NCBI GenBank assembly: GCA_951406725.2
Contig: OX597824.1
Coordinates: 23,312,001-23,376,000 of the forward strand
Direction: 5' to 3'
From: Octopus vulgaris
Lineage: Eukaryota
Length of the DNA: 64,000 bases
The first letter of the stretch is position 1, and the number at the start of each line of letters is the position of its first letter. Positions 12,222-25,957 of this stretch are shown here, one piece after another. A program made the position numbers and the translations under genes. The notes beneath the pieces were generated by a model. That model was not told the origin of the DNA. It made no database searches and saw nothing but the letters and a program-made list of their open reading frames with translations.

Positions 12222-12903
12222 CTAATGTAGGATAAAATTTTTTCGAAAAATTTTTATCAATGGCCAGCATATTAAAAAATACCTTTAAAGGTTAAATTTA
12301 TAAATAACTTATAAAATAAGGGCAAAAGAAAAATTCTAATGCCAAATATACCGAATATACACAAAATTGTCAATAACCATTATAATTTATGCGTCTTGAA
12401 ACAAGCCGGTAGAAATTTCTAAAAAATTCCGTTATTACCGTATTGGTCCGAATTTCAGAGTTAATTCATAAGAATTTTCCCCTCCTCAGCGATAAATACG
12501 TAAGACATAAATGAAATACTTACTCATACTCATGGAAAAAGCAAGCACTAAGTCCTGAGCAGACCTAAGTACCCCAAATATATCCAAAATAGAAAATCTT
12601 CAGCACATCTCGAGACACGTGTGATTCGAACTAGAAACTTTCGCAGAGTGAGAGAGTCCGGAAGTGAACACTATTAAATTTACATCGAATGTAAATATCT
12701 TGCACACCCTGTATATTGATCAAAGGACACAATGAAGTGTCTACCCGCTTCTAGAAATAAGAGTTAATGCTCTCGTTTAGGTCACCAAAAAATTACACGG
12801 AAAATAACAGATACAACAGTATACGGTCGAGCGAACGAAAAAAAAAACCACCTCTCCCATACTATTATAGCATAAAGTTGTATATTTCAGGGAACAGGTA
12901 TAT

Positions 12904-12954
12904 ATGTGGACCGGTTTCTGGTTTGACACAAAGTTCTTACGTTCCTCAGCACAT
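12904..12954 (-). ncRNA. Hammerhead ribozyme, mirror copy with a stem II mismatch
   Basis: Near reverse complement of 13596-13646. Confidence 0.6.
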
Positions 12955-13031
12955 CTTAACCCTTACAAACATCTCAGTTCGTCACGTTCAAATCTGCTGG
13001 CGTAAACACTTCACTATGTCCTTTGATTAGT

Positions 13032-13440
13032 ATGGCTGTGCGGTAAGTACCTTGCTTACCAACCACATGGTTCCGGGTTCATTCCCACTGCGTGGCTCCT
13101 TGGGCAAGTGCCTTCTACTATAGCCTCGGGCCGACCAAAGCCTTGTGAGTGGATTTAGTAGACAGAAACTGAAAGAAGACCGTCGTATATATGTATATAT
13201 ATATATGTATGTATGTGTGTGTGTATATGTTTGTGTGGCTGTGTTTGTCCCCCCCACCAACATCGCTTGACAACTGATGCTGGTGTGCTTACGTCCCTGT
13301 AACTTAGCGGTTCGGCAAAAGAGACCGATAGAATAAGTACTAGGCTTCCAAAGAATAAGTCCCGGGTCGATTTGCTCGACTAAAGGCGGTGCCCCAGCAT
13401 GGCCACAGTCAAATGACTGAAACAAGTACAAAAGAGAAAA
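13032..13440 (+). mobile_element. SINE family A, near full length
   Basis: A box tggctgtgcgg, B box ggttcattccc, CORE-like ccttgggcaagtg, family tail. Confidence 0.9.
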
Positions 13441-13595
13441 AGATATATATATGTATATACAAGTACATGTCTGAATATTTTTGCTGCTGATTAGTTCTTT
13501 TCCCACTGAGGCTTGTCCACATTTTGGCGCCAAGCAATTAAGGACGCCAGCAGATTTCAATGTGGCGAACTGGCAAGATGTTTCTAAGGGTTAAG

Positions 13596-13646
13596 ATGTG
13601 CTGAGGAAGGTAAAAACTTTGTGTCAAACCAGAAACCGGTCCACAT
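13596..13646 (+). ncRNA. Minimal type-I hammerhead ribozyme
   Basis: atgtg-CTGAGGA-a-GGT...ACC-a-GAAA-CCGG-TC-cacat; perfect 5-bp stem I, GUC site. Confidence 0.75.
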
Positions 13647-14043
13647 ATATACCTGCTTCATTAAATATACAGCTTTATGCTATAATGGTATTTGGGAAAT
13701 CTTTTTCCGGTTCGCTTGTCCATATACTGTTGTATCTTAAGGGTAATTTTTGTGTTCTTTGATTAGTATGTATATATATATATATATATACACACATGTA
13801 TATATGCATATACATATATATGGACTTATATGCATATACACATATACATATATATGTATATATGGACTTATATGAATATATGCATGCCCATAAAAGAGAA
13901 GCATATACATAGACACCTATGTAAGTATCTATATCTGCTTATCGATCTGTTTATTTGTCTATCTATCTACCTGCCTACCTACCTACCTACCTACATACCT
14001 ACCTACCTACCTACCTACCTATCTATCTATCTATGTGTCGATA

Positions 14044-14099
<56 letters not shown>

Positions 14100-14123
14100 A
14101 GTACACACACACTCACACACACA

Positions 14124-14167
<44 letters not shown>

Positions 14168-14487
14168 ATATATATCATATGGATGTGTGCGTGTTTGAGA
14201 GTGTATGTATGCATGCGTGTGTATGTGTCTTAAAAATAAAAAATAAAAAGAGGGAAAATATTGATAATACATAGAAATGTCTGATTGAATTCCGAGTTAA
14301 CATAGATAGTTGCAAATCTGAAAATCTGATTATGAATCGCACAAAAGCATAGAATCATCCTCTTCGTAAGTAAAGCGTATATTATCTCTAAGATGAAATT
14401 TGTAAAGGAAAGAATATAAATCGAGGATTCCCTAGGGATGTTTAACTATCAAAGAGATTTAGTGACGTACACTGATGAATACTGAAT

Positions 14488-14585
<98 letters not shown>

Positions 14586-14702
14586 GAATTCTAGTGTCAG
14601 CACAAAAGTTATTCACCAACTTGCTATGAATGTATGTCAGTGTGTATGTGTGTATGCATCTCCATGCATACATACATATATACACACACATATATATAAT
14701 CA

Positions 14703-14736
<34 letters not shown>

Positions 14737-14936
14737 ATATGCATATGCATTTATTTCTGTATGTTATATAATGTATATCTGTTTTGTATATGGCTACATA
14801 TATATTATGTAGCTTTCGGTCTGTTCATTTACATATTTATAAGAATGCTTAATTGAATTATATATATGTAGATAATTATACGATAAATACAAACCCCACA
14901 CACTCTCCCTATCTCTCTTTATGTGTGTGTGTGTGG

Positions 14937-15014
<78 letters not shown>

Positions 15015-15038
15015 TTATGTATGTATTCATATTGGTAT

Positions 15039-15122
<84 letters not shown>

Positions 15123-15127
15123 ATATG

Positions 15128-15182
<55 letters not shown>

Positions 15183-15515
15183 GACAGATAGATAGTTAGA
15201 TTTAGATATATATGTGTGTGTGTGTATGTTTATGTATATATCTATATATGTGTGTGCGTGTTTGTGTGTGTGTGTTGTGTGTGTGTGTGTGTTCTGTGTG
15301 TGTGTTGTGTGTGTGTGTGTGAATTCGTGTTTTTGTGTGTGTGTGTAAAGAAACGAGTGCCTGGAACTTCGAAGTGTTGCCGACTCGGCTATCTTCACCA
15401 GACTGCAGTTTTCTAAAGTACATTTGTTTCTGTAGGACTCGCACATTGATTATCATTTGGAGTTTATAGTTCCGTATAGAGATACACCAGCATCTATTTA
15501 TTCGTATCCACATCA

Positions 15516-15567
<52 letters not shown>

Positions 15568-15666
15568 TCCCCACTACGCATATATAATGTAGAATGTTAG
15601 ATAACATGTATATGAATATAAATATATACATATATATATATAAGCTTGTATGTATGTAAGTATGCA

Positions 15667-15707
<41 letters not shown>

Positions 15708-15872
15708 GATATATATATATATATGTAAATATATATATGTATATATATATGTATATATATATATATGTATATATATGTATATAAGCATATATATATGTAT
15801 ATATATATATGTATATATATATATGTATATATATATATGTATATATATATGTATATATATATATATATATGC

Positions 15873-15928
<56 letters not shown>

Positions 15929-16419
15929 ATATATATATATATATATAAGGAGAGAGAGAGAGCTTAGAAACAGAGCGGGGTGGGACAGGTGCGCTTGTGC
16001 AACAGCATGTGTGTGTGTGTGTATATGTGAATGAGTAAGAGGGAAAAAGTGAAAGGAACATCTATAGAATTGTGACTGTACTAACATACATACAATAAAA
16101 GGGTGACAGCTTAACAGCGTATTTCTACGGAAACAGTCGGAAAATTTCCGTTATATATAATTGTCAAAATTTATTTTATTTATGTATATCGTACAAATAC
16201 ATACATATATGCATGCATACATACATATGCTCATACACAGTCGCTCACATCCTCTTATGTATGTATAGATATGTATGTGAACATATGTATATATATATAT
16301 ATGTATGTGTGTGTGTATATATATATATACGTGTGTGTGTGCATAAATATATATATATACTCTTTACTCTTTTACATGTGGTTGGTTAGCAAGCTACTTA
16401 CCACACAGCCACTCCTGCG

Positions 16420-16472
<53 letters not shown>

Positions 16473-16626
16473 GTGTGTGTGTGTATAAATATATATATAT
16501 ATACTGTTCATATATCTGTATATATAAGCGTGTCTGTGTAGACAAATGTATATGCAAAGGCATACAAGCATATTCACACATACTCATATGTATCTACCTA
16601 TCTCTCTGTTTGTCTGTCAGTCTGTA

Positions 16627-16661
<35 letters not shown>

Positions 16662-16729
16662 ATGTATGTATGTATGTATGTATGTATGCATGCATGCATA
16701 CATGCATGCATGTATGTCTGTATGTATGT

Positions 16730-16875
16730 ATGTGGTAAGTAGCTTGCTTACGAACTACATGGTCCTGAGTTCAGTCCCACTGCGTGGCACCTTGGCTAGT
16801 GTCTTCTACAATAGCCTCGGGCCAACCAAAGCCTTGTGAGTGGATTTGGTAGATGGAAACTGAAAGAAGCCCTGC

Positions 16876-16927
<52 letters not shown>

Positions 16928-17177
16928 ATACGTGTGTTGTGTGTGTGTGTATGTATGTGTGGGTGCATATGTTTGTATATCTGTGTTTGTCCCCACCCCC
17001 AAAATCGCTTGACAACCGATGCTGGCGTATTTACGTTCCTGTAACTTAGCAGTTCGGCAAAAGAGCCAGATAGAATAAGTACTCGTCTTACAAAGAATAA
17101 GTCCTGGGGTCGATTTGCTCGACTAAAGGCGGTGCTCCAGCATGGCCACAGTCAAATGAATGAACCGAGTAAAAGAG

Positions 17178-17178
<1 letters not shown>
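16730..17178 (+). mobile_element. SINE family A
   Basis: Family match. Confidence 0.9.
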
Positions 17179-17231
<53 letters not shown>

Positions 17232-17922
17232 ATAGATATATATACATATAGACATATAGACATACACACACACACACATATGCACGCACACACACACACG
17301 CATGCACACACACACATACACACACACACATACACATATGATGGCTGTCAACGCGCTAAGAATATGATCATCACTTGTCACAACAATGCCTGTCCGAAAT
17401 CCAAGGTTTAATAACGTTGGCACAACACCTGTCCAAATTCTAGGCCGAATAAGGGTTGCAGAACACCTGACTGACGCACTCCACGCTATTGATGTATTCC
17501 AGAGACGAGCTGCACCAAGACAACTAGCATCAGTAAAGGTTGTTGTCTAAGGAATGTGGAAGCATCTAGATTTCAAGCACAAGCCAGTTCCCCAAAATCT
17601 CAAGTACCATTCCCTGCATATTTAGTTTCGTATCAGAGTGACCTTCTCCAAGAGATAAGCTTTAACAAAATCTAAGAGGTATCTCACTCCTAGTGGTCAT
17701 CCAGACCACCGGATACCAAACCAGAATTTCTGAGTATATTTGTAAGATCGTCCTTGAACCTTCATCGGGTTCATCCACCCTTTTGACATGTCTTATTCTT
17801 AGTTCTGTAGGGTTTCTAACAACCCTCCTCCACAGGCTAGCCGACAACCTGACCATGCAGCACGTTGTACTGGATTCCATCTTACCGGCAGCACTCATGA
17901 GAGACCTCGCAGATGATCTGAT

Positions 17923-17957
<35 letters not shown>

Positions 17958-17967
17958 CATTCCTTAA

Positions 17968-18352
17968 TGGAAGCACTCCGTCGGTTACGACGACGAGGGT
18001 TCCGGTTGATCCGAATCAACGGAACAGCCTGCTCGTGAAATTAACGTGTAAGTGGCTGAGCACTCCACAGACACGTGTACCCTTAACGTAGTTCTCGGGG
18101 ATATTCAGCGTGATACAGAGAGTGACAAGGCCGGCCCTTTGAAATACAGGTACAACAGAAATAGGAAGTAAGAGTGAGAGAAAGTTGTGGTGAAAAAGTA
18201 CAGCAGGGATCACCACCATCCCCTGCCCGAGCCTCGTGGAGTTTTAGGTGTTTTCGCTCAATAAACACTCACAACGCCCGGTCTGGGAATCGAAACCGCT
18301 ATCCTATGACCGCGAGTCCGCTGCCCTAACCACGGGGCCATTGCGCCTCCAC
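17968..18352 (-). mobile_element. SINE family C, full length
   Basis: Reverse complement of the 9355-9747 family. Confidence 0.9.
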
Positions 18353-18508
18353 ATTCATTAATACAGCGTGTCCGAAAAAAGTGTGGCTTTGGGATAAGAA
18401 GTGTGCTTCCCAGAAACATGATTGCAGGCTCAAGCTCACAGCGTAACACTTTGAGCTTACCAACGACTTGAGTGGTGATGGAATACGGAAACTGAAAGAA
18501 GCCCGCCG

Positions 18509-18563
<55 letters not shown>

Positions 18564-19324
18564 GTATGTGCATGTGTGTTTGCGTAGGTGGATAACTGTA
18601 TAACTTAGCGGTTCGACAAACGACACCAATAGTTTAAGTAGCAGGTTTAAATAAAGACGTGGGATCGAGTTGTTCGGCTAAAGCCCCTAAAGGAGGGTCT
18701 CAGCCGAAACTTTGAACGAAGAAAATATTTATCCCCAAGAGTTACTGGAAGTTTGAAAACACAGTCGTAGTGAAAGATCTAGAGATAAGTTTAGAGTCGT
18801 TTTAGAGGTGTTTGAAGCAGGTGAGACTGCCCAGAAAGAAATTTTGTGGAACACAGCGGATGTCGGTGACCCCATCAATGCAAAGAAAGCGTGCTAGGAA
18901 ATGAATTGTCAAAGTTCAAGAAAATCTGCGCGGCGAGTCTTGTGACAGGAATTTCAATATTTAGCGCTCATCGTATTTTGAAGCGCTGTCATTTGAGGAG
19001 TAGGTTGCTGGGTCATGTATAAATGAATGTCTGACTTTGTGATTACAAGAATTAAGTTAATAGAATAAAATTGAAGAGGTATTGTCATGTCTTAGTGGGG
19101 TGGGGCATTATGCTAATATTAAATATACGCGCTGGTTCTATGTTTCTTTATTAATGACACATCCTATCAACTCCAGGTCAGATGGCATGCCGTTGAAGAT
19201 GTCATAAATGGCGATGGAAGGACTTTAATAAACCTAACTGATTGAGCTAATCAAACACTCGAATAATGAATTGGTTAAACGTTTAACCAACTGACTAATA
19301 AGAGTAACAGAAATGAAGTGGCTG

Positions 19325-19505
19325 GCAGGAGTGGCTGTGTGGTAAGTAGCTTGCTTACGAACCGCATGGTTCTGGGTTCAGTCCCACTGCGTGGCATCTT
19401 GGGCAAGTGTCTTTTACTATAGCCTCGGGCCGACCAAAGCCTTGTGAGTGGATTTGTTAGACGGGAACTCAAAGAAGCCCGTCGTATATATATATATATA
19501 TATAG

Positions 19506-19567
<62 letters not shown>

Positions 19568-19770
19568 TTGTGTGTTGCGTTTGTCCCCCTAGCATTGCTT
19601 GACAACTGATGCTGGTGTGTTTACGCCCCCGTAACTTAGCGGTTCGGCAAAAGAGACCGATACAATTAGTACTGGGCTTACAAAGAATAAGTCCCGGGGT
19701 CGATTTGCTCGACTAAAAGCGGTGCTCCAACATGGCCGCAGTCAAATGACTGAAACAAGTAAAAGAGTAA
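19325..19770 (+). mobile_element. SINE family A, full length
   Basis: Family match. Confidence 0.9.
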
Positions 19771-21027
19771 ATGAAACCAGTGCGTGTGTTTATTTATCGG
19801 CATAGTGATCTTCCCGAGATTACAACAAGTCAACACGAGTTCACATTGAGAATCTTGCAAATCAAATACAAAATTTTAAGAGGTTAAAGTATCAGTTTGT
19901 GAGTTATGATATGAATAAATGCGGCAATTACTTAAATCAGTACCAAGAACGCTAGTAATTAATTAGTTTGGAACATTTAATTTTTTACTAAAATAAGGCA
20001 ATTATTAAGTAGTACACTGCTTAAAAATTTCTTAAATTATGTTAAACCCAATACGATTTTTCTTTCTTTTTTTTTTATCAAAATGTGATTTTTATCGTTC
20101 TTTTATTTCTGAAGATTTCAACTACAAAAAAACTAATTTTAATCCATTGCGCGATAACGTTATTTCACACTGCAGGATAACACGTTCTCCCTCCTCTCTC
20201 CCTCTCCCTCACTCTCTCCACTTCATGATGTTATTTTCTCTCTCTCTCCCTCACTCTCTCCACTTCATGATGTTATTTTCTACAGACATATCAGTAAAAA
20301 GATTTCTCAATATTATAAGTTTAATCCAGCGTCAGCCAAATTATGCTGACTCCAGTATCCTTTCATATTTATTAGGTGTTTGTGAAGAAATAGGAAGTTG
20401 AAGAAGAAAAGTGGTCTTAATTCACTTACGTCCTATTGTACCAAATATAAACTTGTTATAACAATTGAGTTATCTGGGAATTTCGTTTGTGAAAGTGATG
20501 TATTATTGGTTCACGGCGAGTTTTTTAAGTAGATTTCTTTTGTGAAAACATAAGTCCAATTTTGTAAAATTATGTATTTAAACAGAAAAAAAGTAGTTAA
20601 TGGAATGATGGGGAGGGGGGGATTGAGAAAGGGCGCCATGTGTGAAGAAGGAGACAGGTTGTAAAGGAGACGTCTACTGTAGAACGGTTTTTTTATAGAA
20701 GGGTAAGAGGAAGAGGGAGATTTACACTGGGTGGAGGTAAATATATAAGAGACGTGAGAGAGATATAGAAAGAATGAGAGGAAGAGAGACAGGAGGAAGA
20801 GAGAGAGGGGGGGGCAAGAGGAAAAGGGAGGTAGACCAATATTCTACAATTACAGGACTTATATATTAGAGATAGTGGGATATACTGAAATCACGGTCAC
20901 AACGTTCGTGCATACATACATTTATTTACATATTTAAACATAGATATCCATCTTTTTTATTCATTTATTCAGACAGACGAACAGGGAGACAGACAGGCAG
21001 ACAGATAGATAGATAGTGCACATATTA

Positions 21028-21089
<62 letters not shown>

Positions 21090-21092
<3 letters not shown>

Positions 21093-21312
21093 TGTGTTTG
21101 TGTGTCTGTGTTTGTCCCCCTAGCATTGCTTGACAACCGATGCTGGTGTGTTTACGTCCCCGTCACTTAGCGGTTCGGCAAAAAGAGACCGATAGAATAA
21201 GTACTGAGCTTACAAACAATAAGTCCCGGGGTCGATTTGCTCGACTAGAGGCGGTGCTCCAGCATGGCCGCAGTCAAATGACTGAAACAAGTAAAAGTAA
21301 AAGAGAGTAAAG
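21090..21312 (+). mobile_element. SINE family A, 3' half
   Basis: Family match. Confidence 0.85.
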
Positions 21313-21544
21313 AGTATATTAGGTTAAAAAGCCCTTTACATAGAAAAAGTCGAAGGCTGCACATGAGACGCGAACCTACATCTCCTGTAAACATGACAGG
21401 CGTTTTACTTATTGGACAGAAGCAATCCTTCAAAAATACTTCTAAAATGTCTCACCAGCTGTCCATCTTCAGACATTTGATCTCTGTAACAATATAATAA
21501 AATGATCCCTCGATGATCCGTTGCGGTTTAAGGAATTCTTTTCT

Positions 21545-21752
21545 TCTCTAGGTACAAGGCCCTAAATTTTTTGGGGGTGTGGGGAAGTCGATTAGATCGA
21601 CCCCAGTACGCAACTGGTGCTTAATTTATCGACCCCGAAAGGATGAAAGGCAAAGTCGGCCTCGGCGGAATTTGAACTCAGAACGTAAAGACAGACGAAA
21701 TGCCGCCAAGCATTTCGCCCGACCTGCTTACGATTCTGTCAGCTCGCCGTCT
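21545..21752 (-). mobile_element. SINE family B (tRNA head plus Meta-like domain), variant tail
   Basis: gactttgcctttcatcctttcggggtcgataaattaag..accag domain on the minus strand. Confidence 0.8.
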
Positions 21753-21828
21753 TACGCAGTCTATGAATTGAAACCACAATCTCGCGATCGTAAGTACAAC
21801 ATCTTAACCACTAGGCCCTCATGATGAT

Positions 21829-21887
<59 letters not shown>

Positions 21888-21888
<1 letters not shown>

Positions 21889-22531
21889 CAAGAAACAATA
21901 AATCATATTATCTCTAGCTGCCCAGTCCTGGCTAAGAAGGAATATATTCACAGACATGACAGAGTTGGAACCTACATACATTGGAAGCTATGCCAACATT
22001 ATGGAATAACAACAGAAAAAAGATGCTATAGGCACACACCAGAAAAGGTCACAGAAAACGAGAAAGCAAACATACTCTGGGATATGCCGATAAACACAGA
22101 TAGAGAAATTAAGGCCAACAGACCAGATATAGTTGTCAGAGATCATGAAGAAAAAAAATGCTTTCTAATTGATGTATCAATACCGGCTGATGACAACGTG
22201 TCTCTAAAAGAAATGGAGAAACTCTCAAAATACAAAGACCTGGAAATAAAGGTAACCAGAATGTGGAATCTAAAAACAGAAACAATTCTTATCATAGTAG
22301 GTGCATTAGGCATGATAAAAAAATATTCAGATAAATACATAACAAAAACACCAGGACTTACAAACACATATAACATACAGAAAATTGCACTACTAGGCAC
22401 TGCACACATCCTACGCAGAACACTTTCCATACAATCACCATTAGAGCATCACAACAAATCACAGCACATACCCAAGGCACACAGAGCTGCGCTCGGTAGT
22501 GAAGTGAAAGCACGCTATAATAATAAAACTA

Positions 22532-22535
<4 letters not shown>
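21888..22535 (+). mobile_element. R4/Dong-type non-LTR retrotransposon, 5'-truncated (RLE endonuclease region) in (AAT)n
   Basis: HIISSCPVLAKKEYIHRHD...ILWD...NRPDIVV..LIDVSIP...KLSKYKDL...IVGALG...IQKIALLGTAHILR; (AAT)n on both sides. Confidence 0.9.
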
Positions 22536-22569
<34 letters not shown>

Positions 22570-22571
<2 letters not shown>

Positions 22572-23124
22572 GCCCTGATGCAATACCATACAGTGGCTCT
22601 CATGGCTGCTGATCTTAACTGATTAGAAGTGTTATCATGTACATTGTTTTGTCTTGGTATAAAAGATGGGCTACACAAATATTCTGCTCAATACCACAGA
22701 TTTGCTTATCAGTTGTTTGACCTTAACCAGTTGAGCATGTCCCTTAGTGGCTGACGATATGTGCATCTCTGATCACGAGCAGAAGTAGTGGGGGAGCATC
22801 ATAGCCATGTGTTGAAAGGAATTCTTAGAGGTTTGGATAATTCACCTTTGGAAACATGGGTGGTTCGTTCAACATCCTTAAACAATCCTTATTCAGGAAC
22901 CTTTTGAGCGGGATGGGCTACTCGACCAGAAGAAAACTCTAACTGGGTTCAACCTGCAAGGTCATGCGCTGTTTATCTTGATATGAGATCACCATGTCGC
23001 GCACATATGGTTGTGATGCATGTGCCTAGTGTACCCTTATCAGACGGGTAGTCATGATGGGTATACTGGGCTTCGTATATTTTACCCCAGTGTCACTTTG
23101 ATGGCATGCACTGCTCTCTCATTC
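22570..23124. mobile_element. ~550-bp non-coding insert between (AAT)n tracts, probably non-autonomous
   Basis: Complex sequence sharply bounded by (AAT)n, between two R4/Dong fragments; single copy in the window. Confidence 0.4.
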
Positions 23125-23167
<43 letters not shown>

Positions 23168-23236
23168 GTAATAATAATAATAATAATAGTAATAATAATA
23201 ATAATAATAATAATAGTAATAATAATAATAATAATA

Positions 23237-23329
<93 letters not shown>

Positions 23330-23332
<3 letters not shown>

Positions 23333-23768
23333 GATAGAGAAATTAAGGCCAACAGGCCAGATATAGTTGTCAGAGATCACGAAGAAAAAAAATGCTTTCT
23401 AATTGATGTATCAATACCGGCTGATGACAACGTGGCTCTAAAAGAAATGGAGAAACTCTCAAAATACAAAGACCTGGAAATAGAGGTAACCAGAATGTGG
23501 AATCTAAAAACAGAAACAATTCCTATCATAGTAGGTGCATTAGGCATGATAAAAAAAATTCAGACAAATACATAACAAAAACACCAGGACTTACAAACAC
23601 ATATAACATACAGAAAATTGCACTACTAGGCACTGCACACATCCTACGCAGAACACTTTCCATACAATCACCATCAGAGCATTACAACAAATCACAGCAC
23701 ATACCCAAGATACACAGAGCTGCGCTCGGTAGTGAAGTGAAAGCACGCTATAAAAATAAAACTACTGA
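23330..23768 (+). mobile_element. Second R4/Dong-type 3' fragment in (AAT)n
   Basis: Near-identical to 22096-22535, with a frameshift in an A run. Confidence 0.9.
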
Positions 23769-23771
23769 ATG

Positions 23772-23820
<49 letters not shown>

Positions 23821-25382
23821 CATTCCTGCAAGAAGTGTAAAAGATTGTTTTAACAGGTACGGCACACGTATTGAGAAGAGCTTTGTCGCTGTGAGAACAA
23901 CATTTCATGTAAATATTCTTTTCCAAATAACTTTATTTGATTTTATAATTAAACAATCTGAAGTATTTATTTTAATGGCCTATCATCGTATAAGGTGGGT
24001 TTCTTTGCCCTTAGTGTCGGGAAGACACTCGGCAATAAATGGAAACAAAATTGAATGAAAAAGGAAAATCTAATAATAACAATAATAATAATATGTGTAT
24101 GTATGTGTGTATGTATGTATGTATGTATGTATGTATGTATGTATGTATGTATGTATGTATGTATGCATGCATGCATGTATGTATATGTATGTATGTATGT
24201 ATTTATGTATGTATGTATGCATGCATGTATGTATATGTATGTATACATGAATTTATGTATGTGTGTATGTATATGTGTGTGTATGTATGCATGTATGTAT
24301 GTATGTATGTATGTATGTATGTATGTGTGTATGTATGTATGTATGTATACATGAATTTATGTATGTGTGTATGTATGTGTGTGTATGTATGTATGTGTGT
24401 ATACATGAATTTATGTGTGTGTGTATGTATGTATGTATACATGTATTTATGTATGTGTGTATGTATGTGTGTGTGTATGTATGCATGCATGTATGTATGT
24501 ATGTATGTATGTATGTATGTATATTAAACAAGAATGTTAACAGTGACTTCAAAGTTTCGGCCAGTTCAAACCAGTTTGACAATTACTTAGCTGGCCGAAA
24601 TTGTCAACAATATCTTTGCTTAAGAATAATAAATTTGCACTCTACAGAACTTTAGAGTAACCCATTAAATTAATGTAAAATTATTTTTATTATGACCAAA
24701 AATAAAAACAAACATTATCAGACCATATACGTATAATCACACCTACATAAACACATTATCTCCCCGTCTCTGTCTCTGTCTGTCTGTCTGTCTCATTCTG
24801 TCTGCCACCTCTCTCTCCCTCTTTTCCTCTTTCTGTTCCCTCTCTTCTCTGTTCCTGCTTAACAACAGCCCCATCTCGTACTTAAATTCCCCGTTTCCCA
24901 ACACCTGATTTTCGATCTCATAAACGAACTTATCTACTTAAAAATCATTAAATTCCAAAAGTTAGAATCGCCACCACAAAGCGATAATATCTACTTAGAG
25001 ATAACAACGAAAATGCATTTTTATATAAAGATGAATTTTCCATGCATCAATGGTCATAGCTTTCACAAACAAAATTTGTAAACAATTCCATTGCGATAAT
25101 ACTGTGCACTTTTACACAATGCACCACCTACTGACATTTTAACCTCGCAAATATTATTTATTTTATTTATTATTTGTAAATCGGAAAACTAGCCACTTAC
25201 GTTCACTTACCACCTCAATCTGTCGGCTTACAATAACATATCCCCAACTGAAGTCATTACCTTCAAAAGAATATTAAGCGAATATAAAAACAAGTATCCC
25301 ATTAGGCAGACTGAATCGCAATTCAGACGTGAGCAGCTCAGCCTGTCGTGAACAACCCATCTCTACCCAAACTAGCTCAATG

Positions 25383-25957
25383 GGGCCCAGCCCATCCCAA
25401 CCCAGCCCAACTAAGCCAAGCCAAATCAAGCAAAACCCAACCTAGCCAAGTCAAGCAAAACCCAGCCTAGCCAAGCCCAGCCAAGCTCAGCCCAACCCAG
25501 CTAAGCCCAACCCAGCCCAACCCAGCTCAGCCTAACCAAGCTTAGCCCAACCCAGTCCAGCCTAACCAAGCTCAGCCCAACCCAGCAAAGCCCAACCCAG
25601 CCCAACCCAGCCCAGCCTAACCAAGCTCAGCCCAACCCAGCTAAGCCCAACCCAGCCCAACCCAGCTCAGCCTAACCAAGCTTAGCCCAACCCAGCCCAA
25701 CCCAGCCCAGCCTAACCAAGCTCAGCCCAACCCAGCCCAACCCAGCTCAGCCTAGCCCAGCCTAGCCCAGCCAAGCTCAGCCAAGCTCAGCCAAGCTCAG
25801 CCTAACCCAGCCCAGCCTAGCCAAGCTCAGTCTAACCCAGCCCAACCCAGCCCAACCCAGCCCAACCCAGCTCAGTCTAGCCCAGCCTAGCCCGGCCAAG
25901 CTCAGTCCAACCCAACCCAGCCCAGCCCAGTCAAGCCCAGCCAAGCTCAGTCTAGCG
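25383..25957. repeat. Degenerate pentamer satellite (CCCAG/CCCAA/CTCAG/CCTAG/CCAAG)
   Basis: Visible 5-bp periodicity with higher-order blocks. Confidence 0.9.

Larger units (their letters stand above)
12809..13737. mobile_element. Penelope-like fold-back (arms 12809-13003 / 13544-13737), loop invaded by SINE A
   Basis: Diverged inverted arms, each with a hammerhead. Confidence 0.65.

Noticed and set aside
12440-12499. Minus-strand CTGAGGA-GGGG...CTCT-GAAA-TT hammerhead candidate
   Set aside because: No room for stem III and weak stem I; possibly a variant but not supportable
15395-15415. Minus-strand GAAAACTGCAGTC half-motif
   Set aside because: No CUGANGA box or stem II upstream
17340-17920. 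Possible Gypsy pol remnant or host exon
   Set aside because: Only faint motifs (CQRAK, DALH, LHRVHP) in inconsistent order with stops; needs BLASTX
22730-22795. GTC...CTGACGA...GAA as a type-III hammerhead
   Set aside because: GAAA box and stem III pairing are missing
24555-24600. 10-bp inverted repeat tttcggccag/ctggccgaaa
   Set aside because: Hairpin only; no catalytic core or other context
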